A program made the position numbers and the translations under genes. From NCBI GenBank assembly GCA_965248695.1, contig CBDFKD010000002.1, positions 224,001 through 288,000 on the forward strand: a stretch of 64,000 nucleotides of DNA. Reading direction: 5' to 3'. Positions 36,413 through 45,688 of the stretch are shown here, one piece after another. Position 1 is the first letter of the stretch. The number at the start of each line of letters is the position of its first letter. Under the pieces are notes generated by a model that was not told where the DNA came from, made no database searches, and worked only from the letters and a program-made list of their open reading frames with translations. The stretch is from Acidobacteriota bacterium. Lineage in GTDB: Bacteria; Acidobacteriota; UBA890; WLXD01.

Positions 36413-38005
36413 TTGGACCATCGCACGGAAAACGTACTGATCGCAGGACAGTGGCGCCCCGCTGACGCCACCGGCACGTTTCAGGCAATCAACCCGGACA
36501 CGGGCGAGACGCTGTCACACGTGTATCCGGTAAGCAGGCGAGCTGACGTCGACGCGACGCTCCGAGCCGGTAGCGATACGGCCCGTCTGCTGGTCGACGC
36601 GGAGCCGGAGCGCATCGCCGCGTTCCTGGACGGCTACGCACACCGCATCGAGGCCGCGAAGGACGAGATTGCCGTCGCTGCGAGCCTCGAGACGGCACTG
36701 CCCGTATCCCCTCGCCTGGCCGACGTCGAGCTACCGCGCACGACCGACCAGCTACGTCAGGCAGCCAACGCCGCGCGCAGTGGCGGCTGGCGCCAGCCGA
36801 CGATCGATACCGCCAGCAACATCCGCTCGATGTACGGACCACTCGGTGGTCCAGTGGCGGTGTTCGGACCGAACAACTTTCCACTGGCGTTCAACGGCGC
36901 CTCGGGCGGCGATTTCGCCGCTGCGATCGCTGCCGGCAACCCGGTGATCGTGAAAGCGCATCCGAGCCATCCGCGCACCACCCAGCTACTCGCCGAGGCC
37001 ACGGTTCCGGCCCTCCAGGAGGCCGGGCTGCCGCCGGCAACAGTACAGATGATCTACCGCACATCGCACGAGGACGGTGCGTATCTGGTGTCCCATCCGC
37101 TCATCGCCGCGACCGGCTACACCGGCTCGCGCGCCGCCGGTCTGGTGCTGAAGGATGCCGCCGATCGCGCTGGCAAGCCGATCTACCTCGAGCTCAGCAG
37201 CATCAATCCGGTGTTCGTGCTACCCGGGGCTCTCAGCGAGCGCCGAGAGGTTCTGGTGGAGGAATTCGTCGGATCGGCTCTGCTCGGAACGGGGCAGTTC
37301 TGCACCAACCCCGGTGTCGTTGTCGTGCAATCCGGCGACGACGCCGAGGAATTCATCGATTCCCTCCGGGAAGGCTTCGAAGCATCGGGAGTCGGCGCGT
37401 TGCTTGGCGCCGGCACGGTCGGCGCGCTGAGCACCGCCGTCGGCACTCTGCGATCCGCCGGTGCCGAGCTGCTCACCGGCGGCGAGCCCATCGAGGGCAA
37501 GGGATGTCGGTTCCAGAACACCCTGCTGCGCAGCGATGGCGCGGCGTTCTTGAGCGATCCCGCCGGCCTGCAGACGGAGGCGTTCGGCAACTCCAACCTC
37601 ATCGTCGTGGCCGCCGACGACAGCGAGATGGAGCAGATCGCCGGAAGCCTCGAGGGCAATCTCACCGGGTGTATCTACTCGCACACTGGCGGTGACGATG
37701 ACGCGCTGTACGAGCGCATCGCCAGGCCGCTGCGACGACGTGTCGGGCGATTGCTGAACGACAAGATGCCGACCGGCGTGGCGGTCACCGGGGCGATGAA
37801 CCACGGCGGCCCGTACCCTGCCACGGGTCATCCGGGATTCACCGCCGTGGGGATTCCCGCGTCGTTGGCGCGCTTCGCGATGCTCGAGTGCTACGACAAC
37901 GTCCGGCCGCACCGGCTGCCGCCCTTGCTGGGCGACACAAACCCCGAGAGAGGGTGGCGCAACGTCGACGGGGAATGGACGCGCGCCAGCATCGCCGCGC
38001 CTTGA
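36413..38005 (+). CDS. Aldehyde dehydrogenase, alpha-ketoglutaric semialdehyde dehydrogenase-like
   Basis: VFGPNNFPLAF, GGDFAAAIAAG, KAHPSHP, ELSSINP, GQFCTNPG and HGGPYPAT motifs. Confidence 0.88.
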   Translation: MDHRTENVLIAGQWRPADATGTFQAINPDTGETLSHVYPVSRRADVDATLRAGSDTARLLVDAEPERIAAFLDGYAHRIEAAKDEIAVAASLETALPVSPRLADVELPRTTDQLRQAANAARSGGWRQPTIDTASNIRSMYGPLGGPVAVFGPNNFPLAFNGASGGDFAAAIAAGNPVIVKAHPSHPRTTQLLAEATVPALQEAGLPPATVQMIYRTSHEDGAYLVSHPLIAATGYTGSRAAGLVLKDAADRAGKPIYLELSSINPVFVLPGALSERREVLVEEFVGSALLGTGQFCTNPGVVVVQSGDDAEEFIDSLREGFEASGVGALLGAGTVGALSTAVGTLRSAGAELLTGGEPIEGKGCRFQNTLLRSDGAAFLSDPAGLQTEAFGNSNLIVVAADDSEMEQIAGSLEGNLTGCIYSHTGGDDDALYERIARPLRRRVGRLLNDKMPTGVAVTGAMNHGGPYPATGHPGFTAVGIPASLARFAMLECYDNVRPHRLPPLLGDTNPERGWRNVDGEWTRASIAAP

Positions 38006-38061
38006 TCTCGCCCGCAAATCCCATCTGCGGCGCTTTCGATTCATCTGTTACAGGCCACTAG
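37989..38061. repeat. Partial family A repeat (right end)
   Basis: cgccgcgccttgatctcgcccgcaaatcccatctgcg...ttcatctgttacaggccactag closely matches 14844-14912. Confidence 0.85.
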
Positions 38062-39278
38062 ACAGGCGGCAGCCTCCAGTCTGCCGCCGCCCCGTCGAGC
38101 TCCTGCCGGAGGACATCCACCGCCTCGGTTCGTCTCTTCATGTTTCCCGCCTTGCCCTGAAACAGCGTCGCCGATCCGCCGCCGCGGCCACCGAGCAACT
38201 CGGCGATCCGGGGTCCGGGCCGGGTGAGTTCCACCGAGCAATCGGAGCCGCAGGCAAGCAGGAAGAAGTGCTCGCCCGCCTCAGACGCTGTCAGCAGAAC
38301 GACGCGGCTACCGACACCGGCGACGACATGTCGCGCCACCAGCTGCAGGAACTCGGCGCCAGCATCGTCGAAATGTGCCTCCATCAGCGTCGTATCGGAT
38401 TCCACCAGGCGGCCTGCGATCTGTCGCGCCAGCTCTCTTTCGAGGCGGCGAGCGCGCCGATCGGCCGCCTTGAGCTTCTCCAATCGGCCGGTGACGGCGG
38501 CCACGAGATCGTCGTTGCCGGCGTCGAGGACGGCGCGCAGGTCGCGGGCGCGTGCTTCGTGCTCGCCGAGCAAACCGCGCACCCGGCCGCCCGCAGCCCA
38601 ATGCAGTCGACATCCGCCGCGCATCGCCTCGACTCCGAGCAACTTGACCGCTTCGATCTCGGCGGTCGACGCCAGGTGAGTGCCGCCGCAGGCACAGACA
38701 TCAACGCCGTCGATCTCGACCAGGCGTACGCTGCCCTCATGCCCGGGGGGCATCCCGCGGCTGCGGACCTCGAGGGCACTCACCTCGGCAGGCGTCACCA
38801 GCCGGGCGCTAACGCGGCGGTTCGAACGCACCACCCCCATGACGGCATCCTCCAACCGTGCCAACGACCCACCGTCCGGGAGCGGTGTGTTGAGCTCGAT
38901 GTCGCAACGGCGGTCACCGAGATGAAATGAGGTGGTCTCCCAGCCGTGCTGCGCGTCCGCCACGGCGGTGATGAGATGTTGGGCAGTGTGCTGCTGCATG
39001 TGGTCGAATCGCCGCGACCAATCCAGCTGCAACCGCGCCGCACCCGGTTGCACCAGGCGCTCGACATAGTGGCGGATGTCCCGATCGACGCGCTGCACGT
39101 CGGTCACCGGCACGTCGCCGACCAGGCCGTGGTCGGCGGGCTGGCCGCCACCTTCCGGGTACAGGATGGTGTCGTCGAGGATGACGAAGGGGCGCCCGTC
39201 CTCGTCACCTGACGAGATCGCCTCGACATCGAGCTCGGTGAGATATGGCTCGCGCTGATACGCGTGCTCGTCACCCAT
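38058..39278 (-). CDS. AlaX-type alanyl-tRNA editing protein with DHHA1 domain
   Basis: YPEGGGQPAD, HMQQHTAQHL, CGGTH and GGRGGG motifs. Confidence 0.9.
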   Translation of the reverse strand: MGDEHAYQREPYLTELDVEAISSGDEDGRPFVILDDTILYPEGGGQPADHGLVGDVPVTDVQRVDRDIRHYVERLVQPGAARLQLDWSRRFDHMQQHTAQHLITAVADAQHGWETTSFHLGDRRCDIELNTPLPDGGSLARLEDAVMGVVRSNRRVSARLVTPAEVSALEVRSRGMPPGHEGSVRLVEIDGVDVCACGGTHLASTAEIEAVKLLGVEAMRGGCRLHWAAGGRVRGLLGEHEARARDLRAVLDAGNDDLVAAVTGRLEKLKAADRRARRLERELARQIAGRLVESDTTLMEAHFDDAGAEFLQLVARHVVAGVGSRVVLLTASEAGEHFFLLACGSDCSVELTRPGPRIAELLGGRGGGSATLFQGKAGNMKRRTEAVDVLRQELDGAAADWRLPPV

Positions 39279-39418
39279 GGCGACACGGCTCCTGGTCTGA
39301 TTCAGACACGCGGACGCAGAATACAACGGCTGCCTCTGGTGGGCGGTAGCAATGTTGCCTCCGGATGCGGGCGCGCGTAGATTGCCCGGAAGCTCAGGCG
39401 TCACGAAGGAGATTTTCG

Positions 39419-40417
39419 ATGTCACGACCGATCACCCTTTTCACCGGTCAGTGGGCCGACTTGCCCCTGGCCACCCTGGCTGAGAAAGCTGCCGAGTGGG
39501 GCTTTGACGGACTCGAGCTAGCTTGTTGGGGTGACCACTTCGAAGTTGACCGAGCGCTCAACGACGACGCCTACGTGGGGGCCAAGCGGGACTTGCTCGA
39601 GAGTCGCGGACTGACCTGCACGGCGATCAGCACTCATCTGGTCGGACAGTGTGTCTGCGATCCGATCGACGAGCGCCACGAGGGGATTCTGCCGCCGCGC
39701 ATCTGGGGTGATGGCGATCCGGAGGGCGTGCGTCGGCGCGCCGGCGAAGAAGTCGCCAACACCGCACGTGCGGCGCGCCGCTTCGGCGTCGATGTCGTTA
39801 ACGGGTTCACCGGCAGCCGCGTGTGGTCGAAGCTCTACTTCTTCCCGCCCACGAGCCAGGCCGATATCGACGCCGGCTACGGCGACTTTGCGGCGCGCTG
39901 GCTGCCAATCCTGGACGTCTTCGCTGACCAGGGAGTGCGGTTCGCCCTCGAAGTGCACCCGACCGAGATCGCCTACGACATCATCACGTCGCGGCGGGCG
40001 CTGGACGCGATCGACGACCATGCGAGCTTCGGTTTCAACTTCGACCCCAGTCACCTGGTGCACCAGTTCGTCGAGCCAGTTGCGTTCATCGATGAGTTTC
40101 CGGACCGTATCTTCCACGTCCACGTGAAGGACGCTCGCGTGCAGCTGGACGGACGCAACAGCATCCTGTCGTCACACCTGGATTTCGGCGACCCTCGTCG
40201 TGGTTGGGACTTCGTCTCGCCGGGTCGTGGGGACGTCGAGTGGGATCCGATCATCCGGGCGCTCAACCGCGCCGGCTACGATGGCCCGCTGTCGATCGAG
40301 TGGGAGGACAGCGGTATGGATCGGGAGTGGGGTGCCCAGGAGGCCTTGCAGATGATCCGCGACCAGGATTTCGTCCCCTCGGACGTGGCGTTTGACGCCG
40401 CCTTTGCCGACGATTGA
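39419..40417 (+). CDS. Sugar phosphate isomerase/epimerase (xylose isomerase-like TIM barrel)
   Basis: [41 protein letters not shown] and SIEWED motifs. Confidence 0.88.
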   Translation: MSRPITLFTGQWADLPLATLAEKAAEWGFDGLELACWGDHFEVDRALNDDAYVGAKRDLLESRGLTCTAISTHLVGQCVCDPIDERHEGILPPRIWGDGDPEGVRRRAGEEVANTARAARRFGVDVVNGFTGSRVWSKLYFFPPTSQADIDAGYGDFAARWLPILDVFADQGVRFALEVHPTEIAYDIITSRRALDAIDDHASFGFNFDPSHLVHQFVEPVAFIDEFPDRIFHVHVKDARVQLDGRNSILSSHLDFGDPRRGWDFVSPGRGDVEWDPIIRALNRAGYDGPLSIEWEDSGMDREWGAQEALQMIRDQDFVPSDVAFDAAFADD

Positions 40418-40448
40418 TGAGCAGCATCGAACCCACGGAGCGCGAGTA

Positions 40449-41654
40449 ATGGGTGAGCAATCCTTCACCGATATGGCATCGGCGACGATCGATATCGACG
40501 CACCCAGCGTCGGGGTCGGAATGCTCGGATACTCGTTCATGGGGAAAGCACACTCGAACGCGCTCAAGAAGCTCCCCTACATGATCTACCCGCCACCGGC
40601 GACCCCCGAGCTGGTGGCGATCTGTGGCCGTAATGAGGACGCGGTCGCGGAAGCTGCGCGGCGTTACGGCTACTCGCGCCACACCACGGACTGGCGTGAT
40701 CTGATCGAGGATGAGCGCGTGCAGCTGTTCGACAACGGCGGACCCAACGATGCCCACGCCGAGCCGTGTATCGCTGCCGCCGCGGCCGGCAAGCACGTCA
40801 TCTGCGAAAAGCCGCTGGCCCGCAACGCCGAGGAAGCGGCATCGATGCTGGTGGCGGTACGCGAGGCCGACGTGAAGCACATGGTGGCGTTCAACTACCG
40901 CTTCGTACCGGCCATCCGCCAGGCGCGCGCGCTGATCGACAGCGGAGCGCTGGGCCGGATCTACCACTATCGCGCCATCTACCTACAGGAGTGGATCCTG
41001 CCCCACTACGACACGCCGAGAGTCTGGCGGCTCGACAAGGCACAGGCCGGCAGCGGTGCGCTGGGTGATCTCGGGGCCCACATCATCGACCTGGCCCACT
41101 ACCTCGTGGGCGACATCGCCAGCGTCGGTGCCGCGACCCGCACATTCATCGACGAAAGGCCGTTGGCGGACGGTTCCGGGAACGCCAGGGTCGATGTTGA
41201 CGACGCCTTCGTCGCCACCGTCGAGTTCGCCAACGGGGCGCTGGGTACGCTCGAATCGACCCGCTTCGCCGCCGGTCGCAAGAATCACCAGGTGGTCGAG
41301 ATCAACGGCGAGCTTGGCAGCATCCGATTCAACCTCGAACGGCTGAACGAGCTGCAGGTGTTCTGGGTCGGCGAGGAGCCGGCCGCGACTCAGGGGTTCC
41401 ACGACGTGCTGGTGACCGAAGCGCACCACCCGTTCTGGGAACACTGGTGGCCTCACGGCCACATCATCGGCTGGGAACACACGTTCGTGCACGAGTTCGC
41501 TCACCTGCTCGACTGCATCGTCAACGATCGCGAGGTCGCGCCGCACGGAGCCACCTTCGACGACGGCTACCGTGCGGCGGTTGTCTGCGACGCTGTGCTG
41601 GCGTCGGCATCGACGCGTCGTCAGGTCGACGTACGCTACGGCACGGGTACGTAG
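40449..41654 (+). CDS. Gfo/Idh/MocA oxidoreductase (levoglucosan/glycoside 3-dehydrogenase-like)
   Basis: GYSFMGKAHS, CEKPLA, FNYR, YLQEW and GSGALGDLGAHIID motifs. Confidence 0.88.
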   Translation: MGEQSFTDMASATIDIDAPSVGVGMLGYSFMGKAHSNALKKLPYMIYPPPATPELVAICGRNEDAVAEAARRYGYSRHTTDWRDLIEDERVQLFDNGGPNDAHAEPCIAAAAAGKHVICEKPLARNAEEAASMLVAVREADVKHMVAFNYRFVPAIRQARALIDSGALGRIYHYRAIYLQEWILPHYDTPRVWRLDKAQAGSGALGDLGAHIIDLAHYLVGDIASVGAATRTFIDERPLADGSGNARVDVDDAFVATVEFANGALGTLESTRFAAGRKNHQVVEINGELGSIRFNLERLNELQVFWVGEEPAATQGFHDVLVTEAHHPFWEHWWPHGHIIGWEHTFVHEFAHLLDCIVNDREVAPHGATFDDGYRAAVVCDAVLASASTRRQVDVRYGTGT

Positions 41655-41682
41655 TCGCCGCGAGACGGAAGAAGGAACTCGA

Positions 41683-42426
41683 ATGCAAGATCACGCCAGA
41701 CCTTCGAGGCGGGCGCTCATCGGCGTAGTGCTCACGCTGGTGGCGAGCAGCGCCTGCTCGGCGCCGGCGCCTCCGCGCGTGCTGGTGTTCTCGAAGACCG
41801 CGGCCTTCCGACACGACTCGATCGAGACGGGCGTCGACGCCATCCGACAACTCGGGCAAGACCACGGCTTTGTGGTCGACGCAACCGAGGACGCCGCGGC
41901 GTTCGACGAGGACAATCTGCGCAATTACGACGTTGTGGTTTTTCTCAGCACCACCGGCGACGTGCTGGACGGGTCGCAGCAGGCCGACTTCGAGCGCTTC
42001 ATTCAGGCAGGCGGCAGCTTCGTCGGCGTCCACGCCGCCAGCGATACCGAGTACGCCTGGCCCTGGTACGGGCGACTCGTGGGCGCCTACTTCGTGAGCC
42101 ATCCAGCACCCCAGGAAGCCACCCTGCAAGTGATGGACCCGGAGCATCCGGCTACCCGGCACCTGGCGGCGACCTGGGCCCGCTTCGACGAATGGTACGA
42201 CCTGCGATACACCGATCCCGGCGTCCATGTCCTGCTGACGATCGACGAGGACAGCTACAACGGCGCCACCACCGGATCTCCGCATGCAATGGCGTGGTCG
42301 CACGAGTTCGACGGCGGCCGGGCCTTCTATACCGCGCTCGGGCACACGCCCGAAAGCTATTCGGAGGCGGCGTTTCTCCGGCACCTGTCCGGTGGTATCG
42401 AATACGCCCTCGGAGGCGACTTCTAG
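41683..42426 (+). CDS. ThuA domain lipoprotein
   Basis: Signal peptide with SSAC; VLVFSKTAAFRHDSI, TTGDVL, GVHAASDTE, DEWY and YTALGH motifs. Confidence 0.88.
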   Translation: MQDHARPSRRALIGVVLTLVASSACSAPAPPRVLVFSKTAAFRHDSIETGVDAIRQLGQDHGFVVDATEDAAAFDEDNLRNYDVVVFLSTTGDVLDGSQQADFERFIQAGGSFVGVHAASDTEYAWPWYGRLVGAYFVSHPAPQEATLQVMDPEHPATRHLAATWARFDEWYDLRYTDPGVHVLLTIDEDSYNGATTGSPHAMAWSHEFDGGRAFYTALGHTPESYSEAAFLRHLSGGIEYALGGDF

Positions 42427-42701
42427 CAGGCCGTGGTGAAAGTGTGGTGGGTCTGGCGACAGGGTATTGCGAGGCGCAGGCCAGGAGAGAGGAGGCGGCG
42501 ATGATTACCCTATCGTTGACGACAAACGACGCAGCATCCGCGCGCAACCCCCAGTCGCCCGAAGGGTTACGGCGATTTGGGGCCATCTGCGGCGTTGGCC
42601 TTCCTCGACGATGGCTAGGGCATCGTGTGCGTCAGGCCGCCTTGCATCTGGCCCCAACTCGCCGTAACCAGACCCACCACACTTTCACCACGGCCTGCTA
42701 G
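42423..42701. mobile_element. MITE/REPIN-like non-coding element, family B (279 bp)
   Basis: Perfect 34-bp TIRs (ctagcaggccgtggtgaaagtgtggtgggtctgg) and two internal ~105-nt hairpin units. Confidence 0.85.
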
Positions 42702-42704
42702 CGC

Positions 42705-44222
42705 ATGGTTCTCCTCGGCTACGACATCGGCAGCTCCTCGGTAAAGGCGGCTTTGCTCGATGCCGAATCCGGCACCTGTCTCGCGTCGGCGTCCTCGCCG
42801 GACGACGAGATGGAGATCGAGGCGCCACAGCCCGGCTACGCTGAGCAGCATCCGGAGCGCTGGTGGCATCACCTGGTGCGTGCGACGACCGCCGTGCTCG
42901 AGGCCGCGGCCGTTCCAGCCGGCGAGATCAGCGCTATCGGCGTCGCCTATCAGATGCACGGGCTCGTGCTGGTCGACGAGCAGGGAGAAGTGCTGCGGCC
43001 AGCGATCATCTGGTGCGACAGCCGTGCCGTCCCCGTGGGCACGACCGCTCTGGAGGCGCTGGGATTCGAATACTGTCAGCGTCATCTGCTGAACTCACCG
43101 GGCAATTTCACCGCCTCCAAGCTTGCCTGGGTACGCGACCACGAACCGGACATCCTTGGCCGTGCAAGCAAGATGATGCTGCCAGGCGACTGGATCGCCA
43201 TGCGGATGACCGGAACGGTGGCCACCACGGTGCCGGGCCTGTCGGAGGGGATCCTGTGGGACTTCGTCGACAACGACGTCGCCGCGCCGGTGCTGCGGCA
43301 CTTCGAGCTAGACGAAGCGCTGCTGCCGGACCTTGTTCCGACGTTCGGACCCCAGGGGACGCTTACCGCCGCCGCCGCCGCTGAGCTCGGACTGCAAGCG
43401 GGCACGCCGATCTGCTATCGCGCCGGCGACCAGCCGAACAACGCGCTGTCGCTCAACGTGCTCGAGCCCGGCACCATCGCCGCCACAGCCGGCACCTCCG
43501 GAGTGGTATACGGCGTCAGCGATGTCGCTCAGCCGGATCCGTGCTGGCGGGTGAACACGTTCGCGCATGTCAATCACGCGCCCGCCGCGCCACGGCTCGG
43601 CGTGCTGCTGTGCATCAACGGCACCGGCATCCTGAACGCCTGGCTACGGCAGCATGTGTGTCCTCCGGGAACCGACTATGGCGCCATGAACGCTGCCGCC
43701 CAGCGAATTCCCGCCGGCAGCGACGGCGTCGTCGTGCTGCCGTTCGGCAACGGGGCGGAGCGACTGCTGGAGAACCGTGATCCGGGCTGCCAAATCCACG
43801 GCCTGAGCTTCACCCGACACCAGAGGGCTCACCTGCTGCGCGCCGCTCAGGAAGGCATCGCCTTTTCTTTCCGTTACGGGCTCGACGTCATGCGTCAGAC
43901 CGGGATCGAAGCGCGGGTGATTCGGGCCGGCTCCGGGAACCTTTTCGCCAGCCCGATCTTCCGTCAGGCACTTGCCGACACCACCGGGGCGACAATCGAG
44001 CTGTTCGACACCGACGGGGCGCAGGGAGCAGCGCGCGGCGCCGGCATCGGTGTAGGAATCTATGAATCCGCCTCCGCGGCGTTCGCCGGACTCGGTGCCA
44101 GCGCCCTGGTCGAGCCCAACGAGCGACGGTCCGAGTACGCTGACGCCTATGGCCGTTGGTGCCGTCGACTCGAAGGTGCGCTCGCCTACTACGACACGGA
44201 GAAACAATCCGAATGCCGGTAA
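42705..44222 (+). CDS. xylB: FGGY carbohydrate kinase, probable xylulokinase
   Basis: [21 protein letters not shown] and AGDQ motifs; overlaps xylA. Confidence 0.85.
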   Translation: MVLLGYDIGSSSVKAALLDAESGTCLASASSPDDEMEIEAPQPGYAEQHPERWWHHLVRATTAVLEAAAVPAGEISAIGVAYQMHGLVLVDEQGEVLRPAIIWCDSRAVPVGTTALEALGFEYCQRHLLNSPGNFTASKLAWVRDHEPDILGRASKMMLPGDWIAMRMTGTVATTVPGLSEGILWDFVDNDVAAPVLRHFELDEALLPDLVPTFGPQGTLTAAAAAELGLQAGTPICYRAGDQPNNALSLNVLEPGTIAATAGTSGVVYGVSDVAQPDPCWRVNTFAHVNHAPAAPRLGVLLCINGTGILNAWLRQHVCPPGTDYGAMNAAAQRIPAGSDGVVVLPFGNGAERLLENRDPGCQIHGLSFTRHQRAHLLRAAQEGIAFSFRYGLDVMRQTGIEARVIRAGSGNLFASPIFRQALADTTGATIELFDTDGAQGAARGAGIGVGIYESASAAFAGLGASALVEPNERRSEYADAYGRWCRRLEGALAYYDTEKQSECR

Positions 44223-45553
44223 CGATCGGAGACCGCGAGTTCTTTCCGCACATCGGAGAGATCCCGTTCGAAGGACCGTCCTCTGACAACCCGCTCGCCT
44301 TCAAGACCTACGATGCCAGCCGCGTGGTGGGCGGCAAGACGCTGGCCGAGCATCTGCGCTTCGCGGTGGCGTACTGGCACAGCTTGGGCGTCGGCGGCGT
44401 CGATCCGTTCGGCGCACCGACGCGCGCGCCCGCATGGTCGAGAGAACCGGACCCGCTGGCGGCGGCTCGACTGAAAACGGATGCAGCGTTCGAGCTCTTC
44501 ACCAAGCTCGGAGTGCCGTTCTACTGCTTCCATGACGTCGACCTGGTCGCCGAAGGCAGCTCGGTTCGCGAATCAGAGCGTCTCCTGCAGGCGACGGTCG
44601 AATACACGGCTCAGAAGCAGCAGGCGTCCGGAGTGCAGTTGCTTTGGGGTACGGCCAACCTCTTCTCGCACCCGCGCTACATGAACGGCGCCGCAACAAA
44701 CCCGGACTTCGCGGTCGTCGCCCACGCTGCGGCGCAGGTGAAATGCGCCCTGGACGCCACCGTCGCCCTCGGCGGTAGCAACTACGTGTTCTGGGGTGGG
44801 CGTGAGGGCTATATGAGCCTGCTGAATACCGACATGCAACGCGAGCGCGCGCACATGGCGCGTTTCCTGCACGCGGCGCGCGACTATGGACGCGGTCACG
44901 GCTTCGACGGCGTATTCCTGATCGAACCGAAGCCGCAGGAGCCGATGAAGCACCAGTACGACTACGACGCGGCGACCGCCATCAGCTTCCTGCGCGAGTT
45001 CGACCTGCTGGACGACTTCAAGCTCAACATCGAGGTCAACCACGCCACCCTGGCGGGCCACACCTTCCAGCACGAGCTCCAGGTGGCCGCCGACGCCGGT
45101 CTTCTCGGCAGCATCGATGCCAACCGCGGCGACTACCAGAGTGGCTGGGACACCGACCAGTTCCCGGTGGACCTGTACGAGACCACCGAAGCGATGCTGG
45201 TGATCCTCGAGGCCGGCGGGCTGGAGAGCGGTGGCGTCAACTTCGACGCCAAGTTGCGGCGCAACTCGACCGATACGGAGGACCTGTTCATCGCCCACAT
45301 CACCGGCATGGATACCTTCGCCGGCGCCCTGCTCGTAGCGGCACAGATCCTCGAAGACTCTGACTATCGGCGGCTGCGTAGAGAGCGCTACGGGAGCTTC
45401 AACGCGGCCCCCGGAGCGGCATTCGCATCCGGTGAGCTGGGCCTCGCCGACCTCTACGAGATCGCGTCGTCCGGTGAGGCGCCGCAGCGCCGTAGCGGCA
45501 AGCAGGAGCTCTTCGAGTCGATCCTCAACCGGGCGCTGCTGCCGCCAGGGTGA
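44213..45553 (+). CDS. xylA: Xylose isomerase (class II)
   Basis: [39 protein letters not shown] and GWDTDQFP motifs. Confidence 0.96.
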   Translation: MPVTIGDREFFPHIGEIPFEGPSSDNPLAFKTYDASRVVGGKTLAEHLRFAVAYWHSLGVGGVDPFGAPTRAPAWSREPDPLAAARLKTDAAFELFTKLGVPFYCFHDVDLVAEGSSVRESERLLQATVEYTAQKQQASGVQLLWGTANLFSHPRYMNGAATNPDFAVVAHAAAQVKCALDATVALGGSNYVFWGGREGYMSLLNTDMQRERAHMARFLHAARDYGRGHGFDGVFLIEPKPQEPMKHQYDYDAATAISFLREFDLLDDFKLNIEVNHATLAGHTFQHELQVAADAGLLGSIDANRGDYQSGWDTDQFPVDLYETTEAMLVILEAGGLESGGVNFDAKLRRNSTDTEDLFIAHITGMDTFAGALLVAAQILEDSDYRRLRRERYGSFNAAPGAAFASGELGLADLYEIASSGEAPQRRSGKQELFESILNRALLPPG

Positions 45554-45688
45554 CCACTCGGCCGCAGGGCCGCACCCTACGCCCGCGCTTTCAAAGTGGA
45601 GCACAGCCGTGACTGCCGTATAATCCGCCAGACCTGGATAGATCTCTCCGGGTGCCCCTCTGACTATGAGTCGGGCCGGGAGGCGCGT

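Noticed and set aside
42423-42701. CRISPR array or integron attC site
   Set aside because: The repeats are inverted rather than regularly spaced direct repeats, and there are no cas or intI genes.
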